Positions 48,201-56,397 are shown, numbered from the stretch's first letter. The stretch is 57,266 bases of DNA from a virus (IMGVR_UViG_3300020469_000055:1-57266); one strand, 5' to 3'. Notes: a model not told the origin generated them from the letters alone. Numbers and translations are program-made.

Positions 48201-49678
48201 GCATATCCTTCAGCCGCTCCTGCAACAAAACCATCGATGGCCGTGTATGCCATAATTTTTCCTACATTAGTAGCTCCTGCGGCAGTACCTGCGGAAAGTG
48301 CAGTACCAGCAAAAACACCTACTGGAACCGCACCTGTAAGAAAATACATGGCATAAGGATCATTAGCAATGTCTGCTTTAATCGTATCGCTTAAACGACG
48401 AGTCCAATTAAACCATCCATCATGATAATCTTTTTCAAACATCATTTCACGCAGATCCATAGCAGCTTGCTTTTGAGCCGACATATTTGCAGTCATCATA
48501 TAACTAAAAGGATTTGTTGTATTATCTGCTAGCATTTCATGAGTAATGCCAGCTTTCATAAGCAGTTCTTTTTCTGTATCTTCTAAGGTATCGTAAATTG
48601 TTTCTTTCCAGGAGTCATCAGTAACAACAACCCTAGATAACGCTTCTTCAAGAAAATCTGGTCCAACAGTCTCAGAAAGATTTTGAATTTGGATTGCTAA
48701 AAGTGCGGGATCTCCTGCTTTTTCATTATCTCCATTTAAAAGAAAATGAAGTTTTCTAATCGTTTGACGTTGTGCTTGTTCATAAACAAACTGCTTTGCA
48801 GATAGTCCACTTAGTCCTCGTTCATCTCTAGCCTGATAATCAAGCATTTGCCAAAGAGTGCTATCAAATCGATCTAAATCATCATCTGCTAGTAATACAT
48901 CATTTATTCCAGATTGATATAAACGACTTACTAATTCTTTACGCTCTTCTTCAGTTCCAGCAGTTGCTGCATTAAACTCTGGCTCTGAAAGTCTATCAAG
49001 CTGATAAGCTGCTTCAATATAACTTTCTTGGTAGGAATTAGATCCTCTATTTCTACTTCTTCTATAGGAAGAATCAACCATACTTTCATCACCGCCTCTT
49101 GCTAAAAACTTTTGTTTATACAGCTCATAAGCTTTAGCATTTAAAAGTCCAGCCCAATTTCGCTCATTGTTTCCTGCAATAGCAATAGTACTTCGATCTT
49201 CGCCAGCTCGACCATCTTGATATAAGCTAACGCTAGGACGAATTCCAATAGATCCGCCTAAGTCTATGACTTCCCTAATTGCATTGTCTTTTGAAAAAGC
49301 ATTGTTTGCTAAAGAAGAAGCAAGAGATTCTCCGAAGTAAGAAGTAAAAAATTTCTGCGTAACATTTCTACGAGCTAAACGAGCGCTGTTATTATTATCC
49401 ATAGAAATGTTTGCGCCACTAATTCCTGCACTACTAGAATCCATATCTGGAGTAATAGCATGATACAGTTCAGATAAAGCACCCGTATTAAACTGATCTG
49501 GATATTGGGTTTTAAGGCTCAAGAAGTCTACATCATCACCATACATAAACCCACCCTTACCATCGGGCATAATTCTTTTTTCTCCTAGCTCAAAACGAGG
49601 AGGAGTAATTGGATCAGTAATGTAGTCGCCTAAAATATTAACTCTATCTTGAGTCATTCGATTGGCATAAATAGACAT
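39209..49678 (-). CDS. Giant internal virion (ejection) protein, gp16-like, with a zincin metallopeptidase motif
   Basis: 3489 aa; last of three internal-virion-like genes; VHETAH...NVHEFAA; Gly/Ala hydrophobic segments near the N-terminus. Confidence 0.75.
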   Translation of the reverse strand: MSIYANRMTQDRVNILGDYITDPITPPRFELGEKRIMPDGKGGFMYGDDVDFLSLKTQYPDQFNTGALSELYHAITPDMDSSSAGISGANISMDNNNSARLARRNVTQKFFTSYFGESLASSLANNAFSKDNAIREVIDLGGSIGIRPSVSLYQDGRAGEDRSTIAIAGNNERNWAGLLNAKAYELYKQKFLARGGDESMVDSSYRRSRNRGSNSYQESYIEAAYQLDRLSEPEFNAATAGTEEERKELVSRLYQSGINDVLLADDDLDRFDSTLWQMLDYQARDERGLSGLSAKQFVYEQAQRQTIRKLHFLLNGDNEKAGDPALLAIQIQNLSETVGPDFLEEALSRVVVTDDSWKETIYDTLEDTEKELLMKAGITHEMLADNTTNPFSYMMTANMSAQKQAAMDLREMMFEKDYHDGWFNWTRRLSDTIKADIANDPYAMYFLTGAVPVGVFAGTALSAGTAAGATNVGKIMAYTAIDGFVAGAAEGYAASIGGQTSLIMEGARTELDFTGVYTNMALYGGMGAIGGAGIAGGINRIGPAFRGTSRVATRMTDYVADTGALGEAAKVRGLNRLAEREATVPEIEGAQIFSNIENQGLAIRLNRGEVEAKDVLAETIPLLVIRKEGEDLSETIEDLFSSETLAKYGLSSADAVDLVFGIQKKLGAGAQIGTEEFDTIIQAVFREAKDLASDGAETAQQRLDMLDRTLKSKGIDTAKRFVGGSGRQALSDKEAVTLKALLNKLKDSGIPGQPAATRAEINQLLKLIPRINDEKSLRGAQKILNNSKRLSEADTLAFNKRLDDIVSRGTEARKDSFLQDLLKVENAFSLLRNERAIRVALDLGVSAKQIMKYTREYKGLVGNAEEIAKLNARYPDIKKAIKQIAEGKGLEAYDAVKSSFNVSKFLNEAGVVQNVRNFTKFRSNLRRKFNKISGAKLDESSFTKKISQEITRRKGIYRDLAKKLGINIDVDEAFERLSAQVLNDIPFKARNSALKANALRDAVDKIILSQSPDALKVGERSTDRWWLGTIFKGTSIGDFIERNISAAVNWPIKQARLFRSRNRIVRGFSNFITGQHINNRVYSNSTDFMSIEAIVEGASREALPYVNYINGLKVRLGGPSFKEFDFLFLKLRQLGKLIGDIDEDVLPEEMIRVFGGDVNALKTELKNVQKLYTNFMQKALDEMAEAGAPIANTNAARYIPNMIRGGLSADRAKQFVDGFVQIRTNQLLSGNNTLDKDVLNSLGFIKIVKNDVVEAGGKPVLNKPFIVPEDSPFWIGNLEDSIKYAESVIKEGYEGLKRLDTGEAGTGSAVARSLGVIERIRRDPGNITKLQDNYFEMRGNHFGLPLGRNPVDAATATGVAHAVADTDSFMNQMRRAYNQLNGMSAEERALYDLENPEFTIKDMLIDLDNAMAVRGYAIVSEVREQMISGEVKLRRKPMSQNQKLKYVSSRESYAGLSKGHESLLNKLDNLIAEGFLDEDAARVVMLAFVDVDPHKMMGMTFTYLDSVVDGGTLGIARSTKDFNGRPVEGGTIGLSLLRELEKTEYGDALNVASILVHETAHLSFLSAPAKMQATIQALFVQTKNGENEIRRLFERAGIGNVEYALSNVHEFAAALAEISLVRNQLAMKNGPLKEFLHKFSQFFKKLIGDISILKKESDSIGYEILGEEKFKAIKAGVKSWYDLSADDAPADRLQRTFGITEAEKIDEYGDAAYLVDKKSLITKKEQLNLALELARRGGLNESEYDSFVKLQNLSPDDMDESQISKLMELSEKRNKVQVAGKEVDLQDQLTKLEQEIDSINETLQRLETKVDPGVRDAPISKAVEEKPAAKVAEADPTEAAAPKKISFNFKRKKDEYGDPYQVTTVNGRPLEIERNTSGVGDENGWFIRNFETITGPEARAANIDSSTERMITAQRGGGLVATNRAEMEKHIQDLIDNNRIYYDVDRRAWRPTEARDVSNASTSTSSSATTTKKVTVVKPKEEPEVTLKIRTTDKDGKVQPSRVVSGKRSDIEDSVKAKGETIVTEEDKTLTPADPKKGKFKGMFSKSGKQAEPTEEQASDPVFLKETLDAVTERFINGRKLNGTLSKQLEAFTEVLFAKLFKDEAWPTINGRRMSQDEIFLAANNGVKNQTLTIAKRGPSGDEQGLRVKSRITKEEKARKDILSEKKKSGKALTNAEEKELNQITGRSKLVERGESAEISLSSAKSDEVVLRNLSEADEELSVLIDSGLHSTSPEAQKAAVKLINARKFMDALRSREGTLEPGGRGGYKLTDNQVTSIAEETGLTEPQVRTHNHSEGVFDLKNIRKLTNVVVDEVSEKDKIFGRNELAKLKAQREEAELDEIVTTHPAVADDIAETSAGNTKATLKSTVNKYDNAADTKFLGVPGYTRMTQEEFDEIVDSYDDLMMFMKNIRDWDMPNPGEGVSFAREAKDYFVARQQEQELTKSMDSGDIPEQAADEAPAKTRRTGPQRLADGDDQDFRRPSDKELRARYEEEAQARLRAEEIAETRRTGPQRLADGDNQDFRRPSDKDLRARYEEEAQARLERDDISNEALFKSMEGPAPRKPAELSDDELIEIGSSLEAKLSKEGSLSSKERTLYNEINSEITFRSRKPLDAGDGAPPSKPPKSPAGAGDDPDPKKPSDIIDALDEYFARKNEAQVEAGSFNKAHRLAGKGTLAELYASAVKGDNMDIFSEQWMKGLEQVGRKVMAPLRVAAYDYLDHAGGNFKHSHMANPSDLNIKIKTLDDIRMPHRTFNISDFDNPDGSIREGGEELASLFAEAGNSMEHIIRYADTHLASTRIQKAINDLFGFKGATMSDMFDEIENSLTLNLKTDTTGKKRTITERDYDREVSQYMESLRELYLRARGFNPQRTREFSQASRITQNIAYSILGAKFAMSVLFVEVPMTILRTSGLNPFKLIRNTGIITGSLLDAARGEAVKYKPVQKFMSSLGLDKRIMKETIEDLAYSTQNLRSSSMAKFGAGGDAMEDGELMTSVAERLKTHVNNVRSGLAQEGHSDPSWLKRLADGVEAFTGATADLTGLASGMLPVTNAVRTVAANQAKATLLKHSDKLIVLSKEISGRELTLKQIQGIARELGIPQTLVTYAAESGLLRPGIMEELMSASGLNTRSAGRELDLNELGESLAGRSSDANSGVVSLEFSDIARNRMKVQDSILPSLNQYIMFVTQEMSPELRGTMRFQGMNPLVDMLFQMLSYPMAAYQALVGNGVRARGPMMTAGILTSLTAFEYINRNAQAVLFKEDEDRRKQAMENLTTMPDMNKVIEVLATYGFSSPLFGSVGPYMRDIVGNTVLRAMQSSERNFPVRPFSSPAVAMVQKTYGRLSRFAGNIGSYVGGGPGAEKRLGSAFSDVAETVGEILPFNALPFQLSKAPFREGMKATSVAMTAGSGRNIPYLSHPTLEDLGYIKWMGSAQQPHGWSEVDYPDDRLIPNPPPVEEEPVEKKQESKAPPLLQRPEPSAPRSPSEGLADRLN
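42057..42294. repeat. Intragenic tandem duplication, period 132 nt (44 aa)
   Basis: TRRTGPQRLADGD(D/N)QDFRRPSDK(E/D)LRARYEEEAQARL occurs twice. Confidence 0.92.
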
Positions 49679-49732
49679 ATAGTTCCTTTCAGCTGGGGTT
49701 CTTTTCAGAAGCCATACTAAAGTAAGTAAAGT

Positions 49733-52729
49733 TTAGTTTGGTGGACCAAAGTCAGGATCAAAAATAAAATCAGGAGGAGAACGAGGAGGAGGGTTATCAT
49801 TAGGTAAAAGCTGAGTACCAGAACGGCGTTTTTCAAAATCAGAAGATCTAGTTCGATAAAACCTACGAGTAATAGTAAGCCTTCGATCATTTAACTCTCG
49901 AATTTCTTTTTGGAAAGTCTCGTCTTCCAAATTAATATTACTCATATCTAAACGATATTCATATTCTTCATATAATCCAAATTTATCTCTACCACTAACA
50001 ACACTAGATCTTGGAACAGGAATATATTTAATGCTTGCAAAAAGAGTAGTAAGTTTTTCCATAGCTTCAGGATTTTCTTTTAATCGATCTACAGTATTAA
50101 TTCCGTCTTGTATGCCCACAGCTTTAAATAAGCCTTGAATTCTATCGCCTCTGTTTTTAGTAAACCAATCTAAAAAGACTAATCCACCCTGAGTTTCAGC
50201 CGTAGAATTTTGTTCAGGCCCATAAAGATCGTTTGCATTTCTTGGAGTATGACTAACAGGAATATTTCCATCGCTAATTAAACTTCCAACATCTATAATG
50301 CTATCAATTGATCCTTCTCTAAGTAAGTTAGAAAGACTGGGAGCTTTTCTAAGATACTCTCTTACAAACTCCTGAGCTGATAAACGAACAGTATCATTAT
50401 CTGAAACTAAGTCAATAAAAATACTTTCCTGATCGACATAATGGTTAGAATAATTACGATCAAGTCCTCTTAGTAGATTTCTTTCTTTATTTTGTTTATC
50501 TGATAAAGGATCTGTAGATTGTGATAAGTCAGCCATATCTACAATATCGGCCGTATCTTCTCCGTCTTCTAGAATTAACTGGCCAGTTAAAGTTTCAGCA
50601 GCTGAGGCATATTCGGTAATTCTAGGGTCTGACATTGCCCTAGCCGTTTCTAAAGCCCAGGTAGACCAGTCAGTAGTACCCTCTGGAGCTAATCCAGAGT
50701 AGCGATATAAAGCCTCAATCTCTGGATTATCTTGGCCCATAATCGAAACAAATTCAGTATTACTGGCAGCAACAACATTTAAAAGCTGCCTTTGCTTCTG
50801 ACTCATTTGTGAAATACTTTCAGGAGATACTGCTTGTTTAAGAATTTCTGATACTTCTTCATTAGAGGTATCAAGAAGTCTATAAGGACTTTTAGTTGAA
50901 GCTAAAACTCCTATAGCAGCAAAAGGATCTACTTTAACGATTTTATTAAAACCTATTCTTTGCTGGTTTTGAGTTAGAGTAGCAAGATTTGTTCCATTTA
51001 GAAGTGATTCCGAAAAGAAAATCTCTTCAGTACTTCTTTTAATTTTATCTAGTTGATCTCTAAGACCGATAGATATTTTATCTGATCCTGATCCAGTAAA
51101 TATAAAACCAGAACTAGAATCTCGATTAATAGTTAAAAATGGAACATCTGAAGAAAGTGTAGGGTCTACAATTTCTACACCAGCTAATATAGAGCTAGAA
51201 GGAAGATTTCTAACTTCTTCTAAAGTTAAAGATCTGTAATCATCTTTTCCATCGATTACATGAAATATTGCTTTTCTTCCTGTTTGAGAAAGAGCCGAGC
51301 CAAGTTCAATTGCTGTTTCTCTAGAAATCTGCCTAAGCTGTTGTTCATTAAGGGCAATATCAACACCCTGTTTATAACGAAGCATTGAGGAATCTATCAT
51401 TTTAAAAATAAGATCTTCTCGTTTTTTCTCAAGCACTAAACGAGTACCTTCAATTTGTTTTAAATAAACATCAAAATCTTTATCATATCCTAAACGATCA
51501 AGTAAAGGTCTATTACCTTCACCATCAGTCAAAGAAGCTTCATCAGTTATAGTATCCAAAAGGAGAGTAATTTGACGAAGTTGTTCCTGGGGATTAAAAA
51601 CTGTTGGATCAGCCTCATTTGCCCTTAAAACATAATTTACAAGCTTATCCAAGTCATTAGTTGGCGACCCATCAGATGTGGCAGGTAAATTTCCTATTTG
51701 CCTTCTTAAATCTGCCGCCTTATTTTTTACCACAGCATCGCGAGCATCAGCATAAATTATAGATGGATCTATAGGACTATCTGGCCCTGTGCTACTTCTA
51801 GTAATACTTGCGGGTAATCTAGATGCTTTCATTGCAGCACCTACATAATCAGCTCCTAACTCAGATGCCTTGTCACCAATTCTAGCAGTTAGACTATCTA
51901 AAAAATTCTCTTCTTGAAGAAGATCATTAGGAGTGTACGTCTTATTATCAGAAAGATCTACGATTACACCACTATTAATAGTAACTAAACCAAGAGATGA
52001 AGCAGTTAAAATCTTTTCCATTGCAGGACCACTTAAATCATCATACCCAATTGTATGCAAGTATTCTATAATTCGATAGTTATCTAAATAAAAATCTTCT
52101 TCTGCTAAACCAATATTTGTTTTTCGAGCATCAGCAGCTACTTTTCCTTGAAGCCCAATAATTGTTTTTTCTATTTCTTTGTAAACATAATCGCTAGGAT
52201 CATATCTATCAAGAGTATCATTATAATATTCTAAAGCTTGCTGAGAAGTCATTTCAGATGTTTTACGAAGATGAGAGAGCCACTGATCTTCTTGCTCATC
52301 TTCATAAGCCTTGCCATTAATATCTGCTTTTAGACTATTGTATCGCCTAGCAGTAATTCGATTTGGTTTATAAGTTTGGCTCTCCATCCATCCTTTAAGC
52401 TTAGAAGGATCATTTTTAACTCGTTCGCTTTCTTGAACATATTGAGTTTCAAATTCAGCATAATCTTTTTCTGACTGAAGGCGATACATTTTTTCGTAGT
52501 TTTCAATGCCCTGTTGAATTCCTCTGCTTACTCCAGAAATAGCTTCATACAAAGCTGTTCCAGAATCTGCAATCTGAGCCTGAACTCCAATACGAACATC
52601 AGGTCCAGGCGAAACCGCTCCTCCTGTTATAGGAGAAATATTTGCAGAAGCCTGTCCACGAGGAGCAACTTGTTGCTGTGACCCTCGAGTAACAGCTCCT
52701 TGTTCTCGTCGATTATCTGGTTGTGGCAT
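49733..52729 (-). CDS. Internal virion protein (gp15-like)
   Basis: 998 aa, helical, Q/P/G-rich N-terminus; synteny. Confidence 0.65.
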   Translation of the reverse strand: MPQPDNRREQGAVTRGSQQQVAPRGQASANISPITGGAVSPGPDVRIGVQAQIADSGTALYEAISGVSRGIQQGIENYEKMYRLQSEKDYAEFETQYVQESERVKNDPSKLKGWMESQTYKPNRITARRYNSLKADINGKAYEDEQEDQWLSHLRKTSEMTSQQALEYYNDTLDRYDPSDYVYKEIEKTIIGLQGKVAADARKTNIGLAEEDFYLDNYRIIEYLHTIGYDDLSGPAMEKILTASSLGLVTINSGVIVDLSDNKTYTPNDLLQEENFLDSLTARIGDKASELGADYVGAAMKASRLPASITRSSTGPDSPIDPSIIYADARDAVVKNKAADLRRQIGNLPATSDGSPTNDLDKLVNYVLRANEADPTVFNPQEQLRQITLLLDTITDEASLTDGEGNRPLLDRLGYDKDFDVYLKQIEGTRLVLEKKREDLIFKMIDSSMLRYKQGVDIALNEQQLRQISRETAIELGSALSQTGRKAIFHVIDGKDDYRSLTLEEVRNLPSSSILAGVEIVDPTLSSDVPFLTINRDSSSGFIFTGSGSDKISIGLRDQLDKIKRSTEEIFFSESLLNGTNLATLTQNQQRIGFNKIVKVDPFAAIGVLASTKSPYRLLDTSNEEVSEILKQAVSPESISQMSQKQRQLLNVVAASNTEFVSIMGQDNPEIEALYRYSGLAPEGTTDWSTWALETARAMSDPRITEYASAAETLTGQLILEDGEDTADIVDMADLSQSTDPLSDKQNKERNLLRGLDRNYSNHYVDQESIFIDLVSDNDTVRLSAQEFVREYLRKAPSLSNLLREGSIDSIIDVGSLISDGNIPVSHTPRNANDLYGPEQNSTAETQGGLVFLDWFTKNRGDRIQGLFKAVGIQDGINTVDRLKENPEAMEKLTTLFASIKYIPVPRSSVVSGRDKFGLYEEYEYRLDMSNINLEDETFQKEIRELNDRRLTITRRFYRTRSSDFEKRRSGTQLLPNDNPPPRSPPDFIFDPDFGPPN

Positions 52730-52741
52730 AATTATTCTCCT

Positions 52742-53383
52742 TTATTTTTGTTCTGCTGCCTTAACACCTGCAAGTCCACCAAGTCCTTGAGCAACAGACC
52801 CTAAAAGCGCACCTGCTATTAGTCCACTAGTATTTGGGGGTTGAATGGGAGTTGCTGGAATATAAGTGGGAGGTTGATTAGTAGGGCGAAGATTTCTTTT
52901 TCTAAGAACTTCATTTCGTTGATTTTCAAAAGCAGCTAACTGATATTCATCATTAACACGAATACGAGCAAGATCATTTAATAGATCATTGTCAGCTTGT
53001 TGCTTAATTGCATCAGAGCTTCCACCACGAGAAAAACCTCGACTACCCAAAGATCCTCTTTGTTTAGCCTGAGCCTGACGAGATGACCTAATAAGCTGTT
53101 GGGTATTATATCGAGACTGCTCACGATAAGCACGCTGACCCAAAACTTTTTGCTTAAGGGATTCTTCCTCAAGAATTGCATTTCCAAAAAGCCTATCAAA
53201 TTCTTGAAGCCCCATTGCCCCACGCTGATTGGATATAGATAATTGTTTTTCAAACTCAGACCATTGCTGGTTAATTCTTTGCTGCTCATACTGAGCCCTT
53301 GCTCCGGTTGCTTGACCCTGAGCGCCTGCTACAGATCCTATTCCTCCTATAAGAAGGCTGCCAAGGCTAAGTGCTACTGCCAT
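52742..53383 (-). CDS. Internal virion protein (gp14-like)
   Basis: Gly/Ala hydrophobic ends, Q-rich coiled coil and RGFSRGGSS motif; synteny. Confidence 0.7.
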   Translation of the reverse strand: MAVALSLGSLLIGGIGSVAGAQGQATGARAQYEQQRINQQWSEFEKQLSISNQRGAMGLQEFDRLFGNAILEEESLKQKVLGQRAYREQSRYNTQQLIRSSRQAQAKQRGSLGSRGFSRGGSSDAIKQQADNDLLNDLARIRVNDEYQLAAFENQRNEVLRKRNLRPTNQPPTYIPATPIQPPNTSGLIAGALLGSVAQGLGGLAGVKAAEQK

Positions 53384-53868
53384 TATAAGATCTCCTTAAT
53401 ATAAGAAATTACAGACTCAGGATCTTTTTTTAGCGTTTCCATATTAACCCTAAGTTGGGTGGTTTCACTAAAACTAGAACTAAGTCCTTGCTGTTGATTT
53501 TTAAAGATTTGTGAAATTTGTTTAGGCGAAGGTTCTATTTGACCTTCAGCAATAGCACAAGATCTAATAGATTGTACTTGATCATAAAAATTTTTTCTAG
53601 TCATAACAATAACTAAATTTACATCATCACTGTTAATTCTACTAAACTGAGGATGCCATAATTTAATTACAGAATCTTCTTCTGTAGGAATAGGATCATC
53701 AGTAAATAAAGCTTCTTTTTTAATGTCCCAAAACCCTTCTGGATTTTTTTCGGGGGCTGCATAAGAAGGAAACTTTTCGCTATAACTATGAGGTTTGTAT
53801 TCCTTAAGAAGCTCTCTCATCATTGCAGAAGTTCCGCATCGAGGAGCCGTTCCTGTAACAACAATCAT
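53383..53868 (-). CDS. Sulfotransferase-like P-loop protein
   Basis: IVVTGTAPRCGTSAMM (5'-PSB-like), NPEGFWD and VIVMTRK...QVQS (3'-PB-like). Confidence 0.72.
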   Translation of the reverse strand: MIVVTGTAPRCGTSAMMRELLKEYKPHSYSEKFPSYAAPEKNPEGFWDIKKEALFTDDPIPTEEDSVIKLWHPQFSRINSDDVNLVIVMTRKNFYDQVQSIRSCAIAEGQIEPSPKQISQIFKNQQQGLSSSFSETTQLRVNMETLKKDPESVISYIKEIL

Positions 53869-55583
53869 CTACCTCTCCTTAAAAAATTAGGGCGAGTTCC
53901 GGTTAAATCACTGCCACCAAAAATTGTAGTAATTCTTGATGTGCCGCTATTTCCTCGAGCCTCACGAATTAAGTCACCTCTTCTTGTATCATCAACCCAC
54001 ATATTAACATAGTCTTCTTCTGCTTTTATTGCATTCTTTGCAGATAAAGCTTCAATATCAACTTGAAGCCAATCCCTCCAAAAATCACAGGCAGCTGAAA
54101 GAACATCTACTCGGTCATCATGCTTAAGAGATCCCTTAGCATCAGTGAGTCGAGTAAGTTGTTTTTGGGTTGTTTCTTCTCGAATTGATTTAGAGTTAAA
54201 TACAAGACGGTGGCTTGCCATTACTGGCTCAATATTACTAATCATTCTAGCTTCTTTAGCTCCATGTACTCGATAATCAGCAATAGAAATTTGTCCGCAA
54301 ATGCGGGCTGCAATCGGGCGCATAAGCGCAGCAACAGTACCATCACCAAAGTTTGATTCGATACGAATCTCTGAGGCATTATACTGTAATGCTTTCTTTG
54401 CAATTTTTTCAAGCGTCTTATCATCATAGCCCCCGTCAAGCCCAAACAGTTCATGAATAACAACATATCCATTTACCGTAGATGCAACGCATACAGCTGT
54501 TTCATCTGAGCCTCTACCTGAGGGATCTACAAACACAATTGTTTGAGTATAGGGAATAAAGCTTGGAGAAATATACATAGGTTTATATAGTTTATCTCCA
54601 GACATACCAAAGCTAGGCAAATGCTTATAAGGCTCTGCACTAGCCCACACAACTCTTTCAGGAAAAACTTCTGGGTCTACATCAAACACCACAAGATCTG
54701 AAAGCCTTAGTGGATACTTATCTACATCCGCTAAGGAGCAGTCAAGCCTATAATGCAAATCAAATTTAGTAGGTCCAATCTTAGCTTTACGCTCTTCTAG
54801 TAATTCCTGAGAAAATCGTTCCGGCTGAGTAGAAGTACCTGAGTCCCCAGGAAGGGCCATAACCCAATCAGCAACATTTTCACACTGAGAGGGAATATTT
54901 TTATCAGGAATAAGAGCCGGGAATTTAATTTGAGGATAGCTTTCTGCTAGTTTATTATAAATAGAATCTCTAGTCTGAGGAGTTCCTAACATAATAACTC
55001 GTCCACCAGGATTTCTAATTTGCTCTAGCTCATGAAGCCTGCTAAGTAATCGTTCTCTTTGCGTTTCCGTATCAGAGTTTCCTTCAATTTCAATATCATC
55101 ACTAATAACAATATCAGCATGACTACCTGTAATTTGACTGGTAATACCCCGAGCAAATACAGAAGCATCCTGTCCGATCTTTTCTCGTGAGCCACAGTTA
55201 AATGCAAAAGCATTATCAATCATTCCCTCGGAAGGGCTAAGGTGGCTGCAATATGGAACAAGATCTAAGATTTTTCTTGTCATACTAATAAACTCAATAG
55301 CTTTTTGTGCCGTTGCAGACAGAACAATAATAGTAATATCTGGATTACGGAGCAAAAACCATGATGCTAGGATTGAAGTAAGAACTGATTTGCCTGCACC
55401 TCGTCCAGCTTGAAGTTGTAGATCCTTGCCATACTCCTGAAGAGCTTCAGCCATTGCATACTGAATATCTGTAGGAGCAACCCCAAACAAATATTTCATT
55501 GTAGCATAAAGATGATTTCTAAAATCCTCAACCATTTCATCTGGCACGCTGTCTGGAATCAGATCTCGATTAAGAGGGTTCAT
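53865..55583 (-). CDS. terL: Terminase large subunit (gp19-like)
   Basis: QAGRGAGKS, ITGSHADIVISDDIE, LGTPQ, VDPSGRGSDET and HDDRVD motifs. Confidence 0.97.
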   Translation of the reverse strand: MNPLNRDLIPDSVPDEMVEDFRNHLYATMKYLFGVAPTDIQYAMAEALQEYGKDLQLQAGRGAGKSVLTSILASWFLLRNPDITIIVLSATAQKAIEFISMTRKILDLVPYCSHLSPSEGMIDNAFAFNCGSREKIGQDASVFARGITSQITGSHADIVISDDIEIEGNSDTETQRERLLSRLHELEQIRNPGGRVIMLGTPQTRDSIYNKLAESYPQIKFPALIPDKNIPSQCENVADWVMALPGDSGTSTQPERFSQELLEERKAKIGPTKFDLHYRLDCSLADVDKYPLRLSDLVVFDVDPEVFPERVVWASAEPYKHLPSFGMSGDKLYKPMYISPSFIPYTQTIVFVDPSGRGSDETAVCVASTVNGYVVIHELFGLDGGYDDKTLEKIAKKALQYNASEIRIESNFGDGTVAALMRPIAARICGQISIADYRVHGAKEARMISNIEPVMASHRLVFNSKSIREETTQKQLTRLTDAKGSLKHDDRVDVLSAACDFWRDWLQVDIEALSAKNAIKAEEDYVNMWVDDTRRGDLIREARGNSGTSRITTIFGGSDLTGTRPNFLRRGR

Positions 55584-55596
55584 GTTGTTCTCCTTG

Positions 55597-55630
55597 AAAA
55601 AACTGGCAAGAGGTTTCCCTCTTAACCAGT
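55597..55630 (-). terminator. Intrinsic terminator between terS and terL
   Basis: ACUGGUUAAGAGG-GAAA-CCUCUUGCCAGU-UUUUU. Confidence 0.75.
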
Positions 55631-55837
55631 CTTGTTAATTTTAAACGGAGCAGAATCTTTTAGAATCTGTTTAATTTCTTCTCCCTGAAGACCAGGCAAA
55701 TCATTGGCATTATGTCGATAGTCTGAAAGAAGACCACGAGCAACCTGAGCCCAGCCAGCAGTTGGCTCCGTTTTTAGTTCTTGAATAACTGCATTAAACA
55801 GAACAGATTCAAGTTCAGTAACTTGTTTGTTTTCCAT
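55622..55837 (-). CDS. Terminase small subunit (gp18-like)
   Basis: 71 aa immediately upstream of terL; TAGWAQVARGLLSD...APF. Confidence 0.65.
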   Translation of the reverse strand: MENKQVTELESVLFNAVIQELKTEPTAGWAQVARGLLSDYRHNANDLPGLQGEEIKQILKDSAPFKINKTG

Positions 55838-55846
55838 AATATGTCC

Positions 55847-56134
55847 TTACCATTTAACCTTATCGGCCCAATAGGCAGCAGACATTTTACCTTTTCTAAT
55901 GTTTTTTCGATGACGAGCTTTAAAAGATGCTCGCTTCTTTTTCATTCGGTCAGACTCACCAGCCTTTGGCTTGCCTGCTGTCTTTGCTCCCTGTTCGCCA
56001 AATCGAATGGTTTTAATTTTGTCGCCTTCCTTGGCAACAACAACGTGAGATTTTTTAGGATGGCTAGGAGTTCGCTTAGGTTTATTATAGCCAGAGACTC
56101 CTGCTCTTTCTAGTCTGGGATCTCGTTTAGGCAT
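55847..56134 (-). CDS. Small basic protein
   Basis: KSHVVVAK...IRFG...RASFKARH...SAAYWADKVKW. Confidence 0.85.
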   Translation of the reverse strand: MPKRDPRLERAGVSGYNKPKRTPSHPKKSHVVVAKEGDKIKTIRFGEQGAKTAGKPKAGESDRMKKKRASFKARHRKNIRKGKMSAAYWADKVKW

Positions 56135-56397
56135 TACTTTTTCCCTTTCTTTTTCTTAGCTTTCCCCTGCCAAGAAATACGCTTAGGTCCTTTTTTCTTT
56201 TTTGCGGCAGAAGTGCATTGAGACATTGTAGGCCGACAAGCAGGATATCCTCGTTTGCTTTTTCCCTTAGCGGACTTGCGTCCACAAGGCTTACCTGTTT
56301 TGCAGTCTACCCATCCCTTGCCCTTGTTACGAGAAAACCAACCATGTAAACCTTTTTTCTTTTCTAGGGAAAAATTAGACTTCTTTTTTCGAGCCAT
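56134..56397 (-). CDS. Small basic Cys-containing protein
   Basis: GLHGWF...WVDCKTGKPCGRK...YPACRP. Confidence 0.85.
   Translation of the reverse strand: MARKKKSNFSLEKKKGLHGWFSRNKGKGWVDCKTGKPCGRKSAKGKSKRGYPACRPTMSQCTSAAKKKKGPKRISWQGKAKKKKGKK

Noticed and set aside
39209-49678. N4-like or crAss-like virion RNA polymerase (size near 3500 aa)
   Set aside because: No recognisable single-subunit motifs A/B/C. The only DxDxD-like string (ADDDLD) lacks the expected context, and synteny fits gp16.
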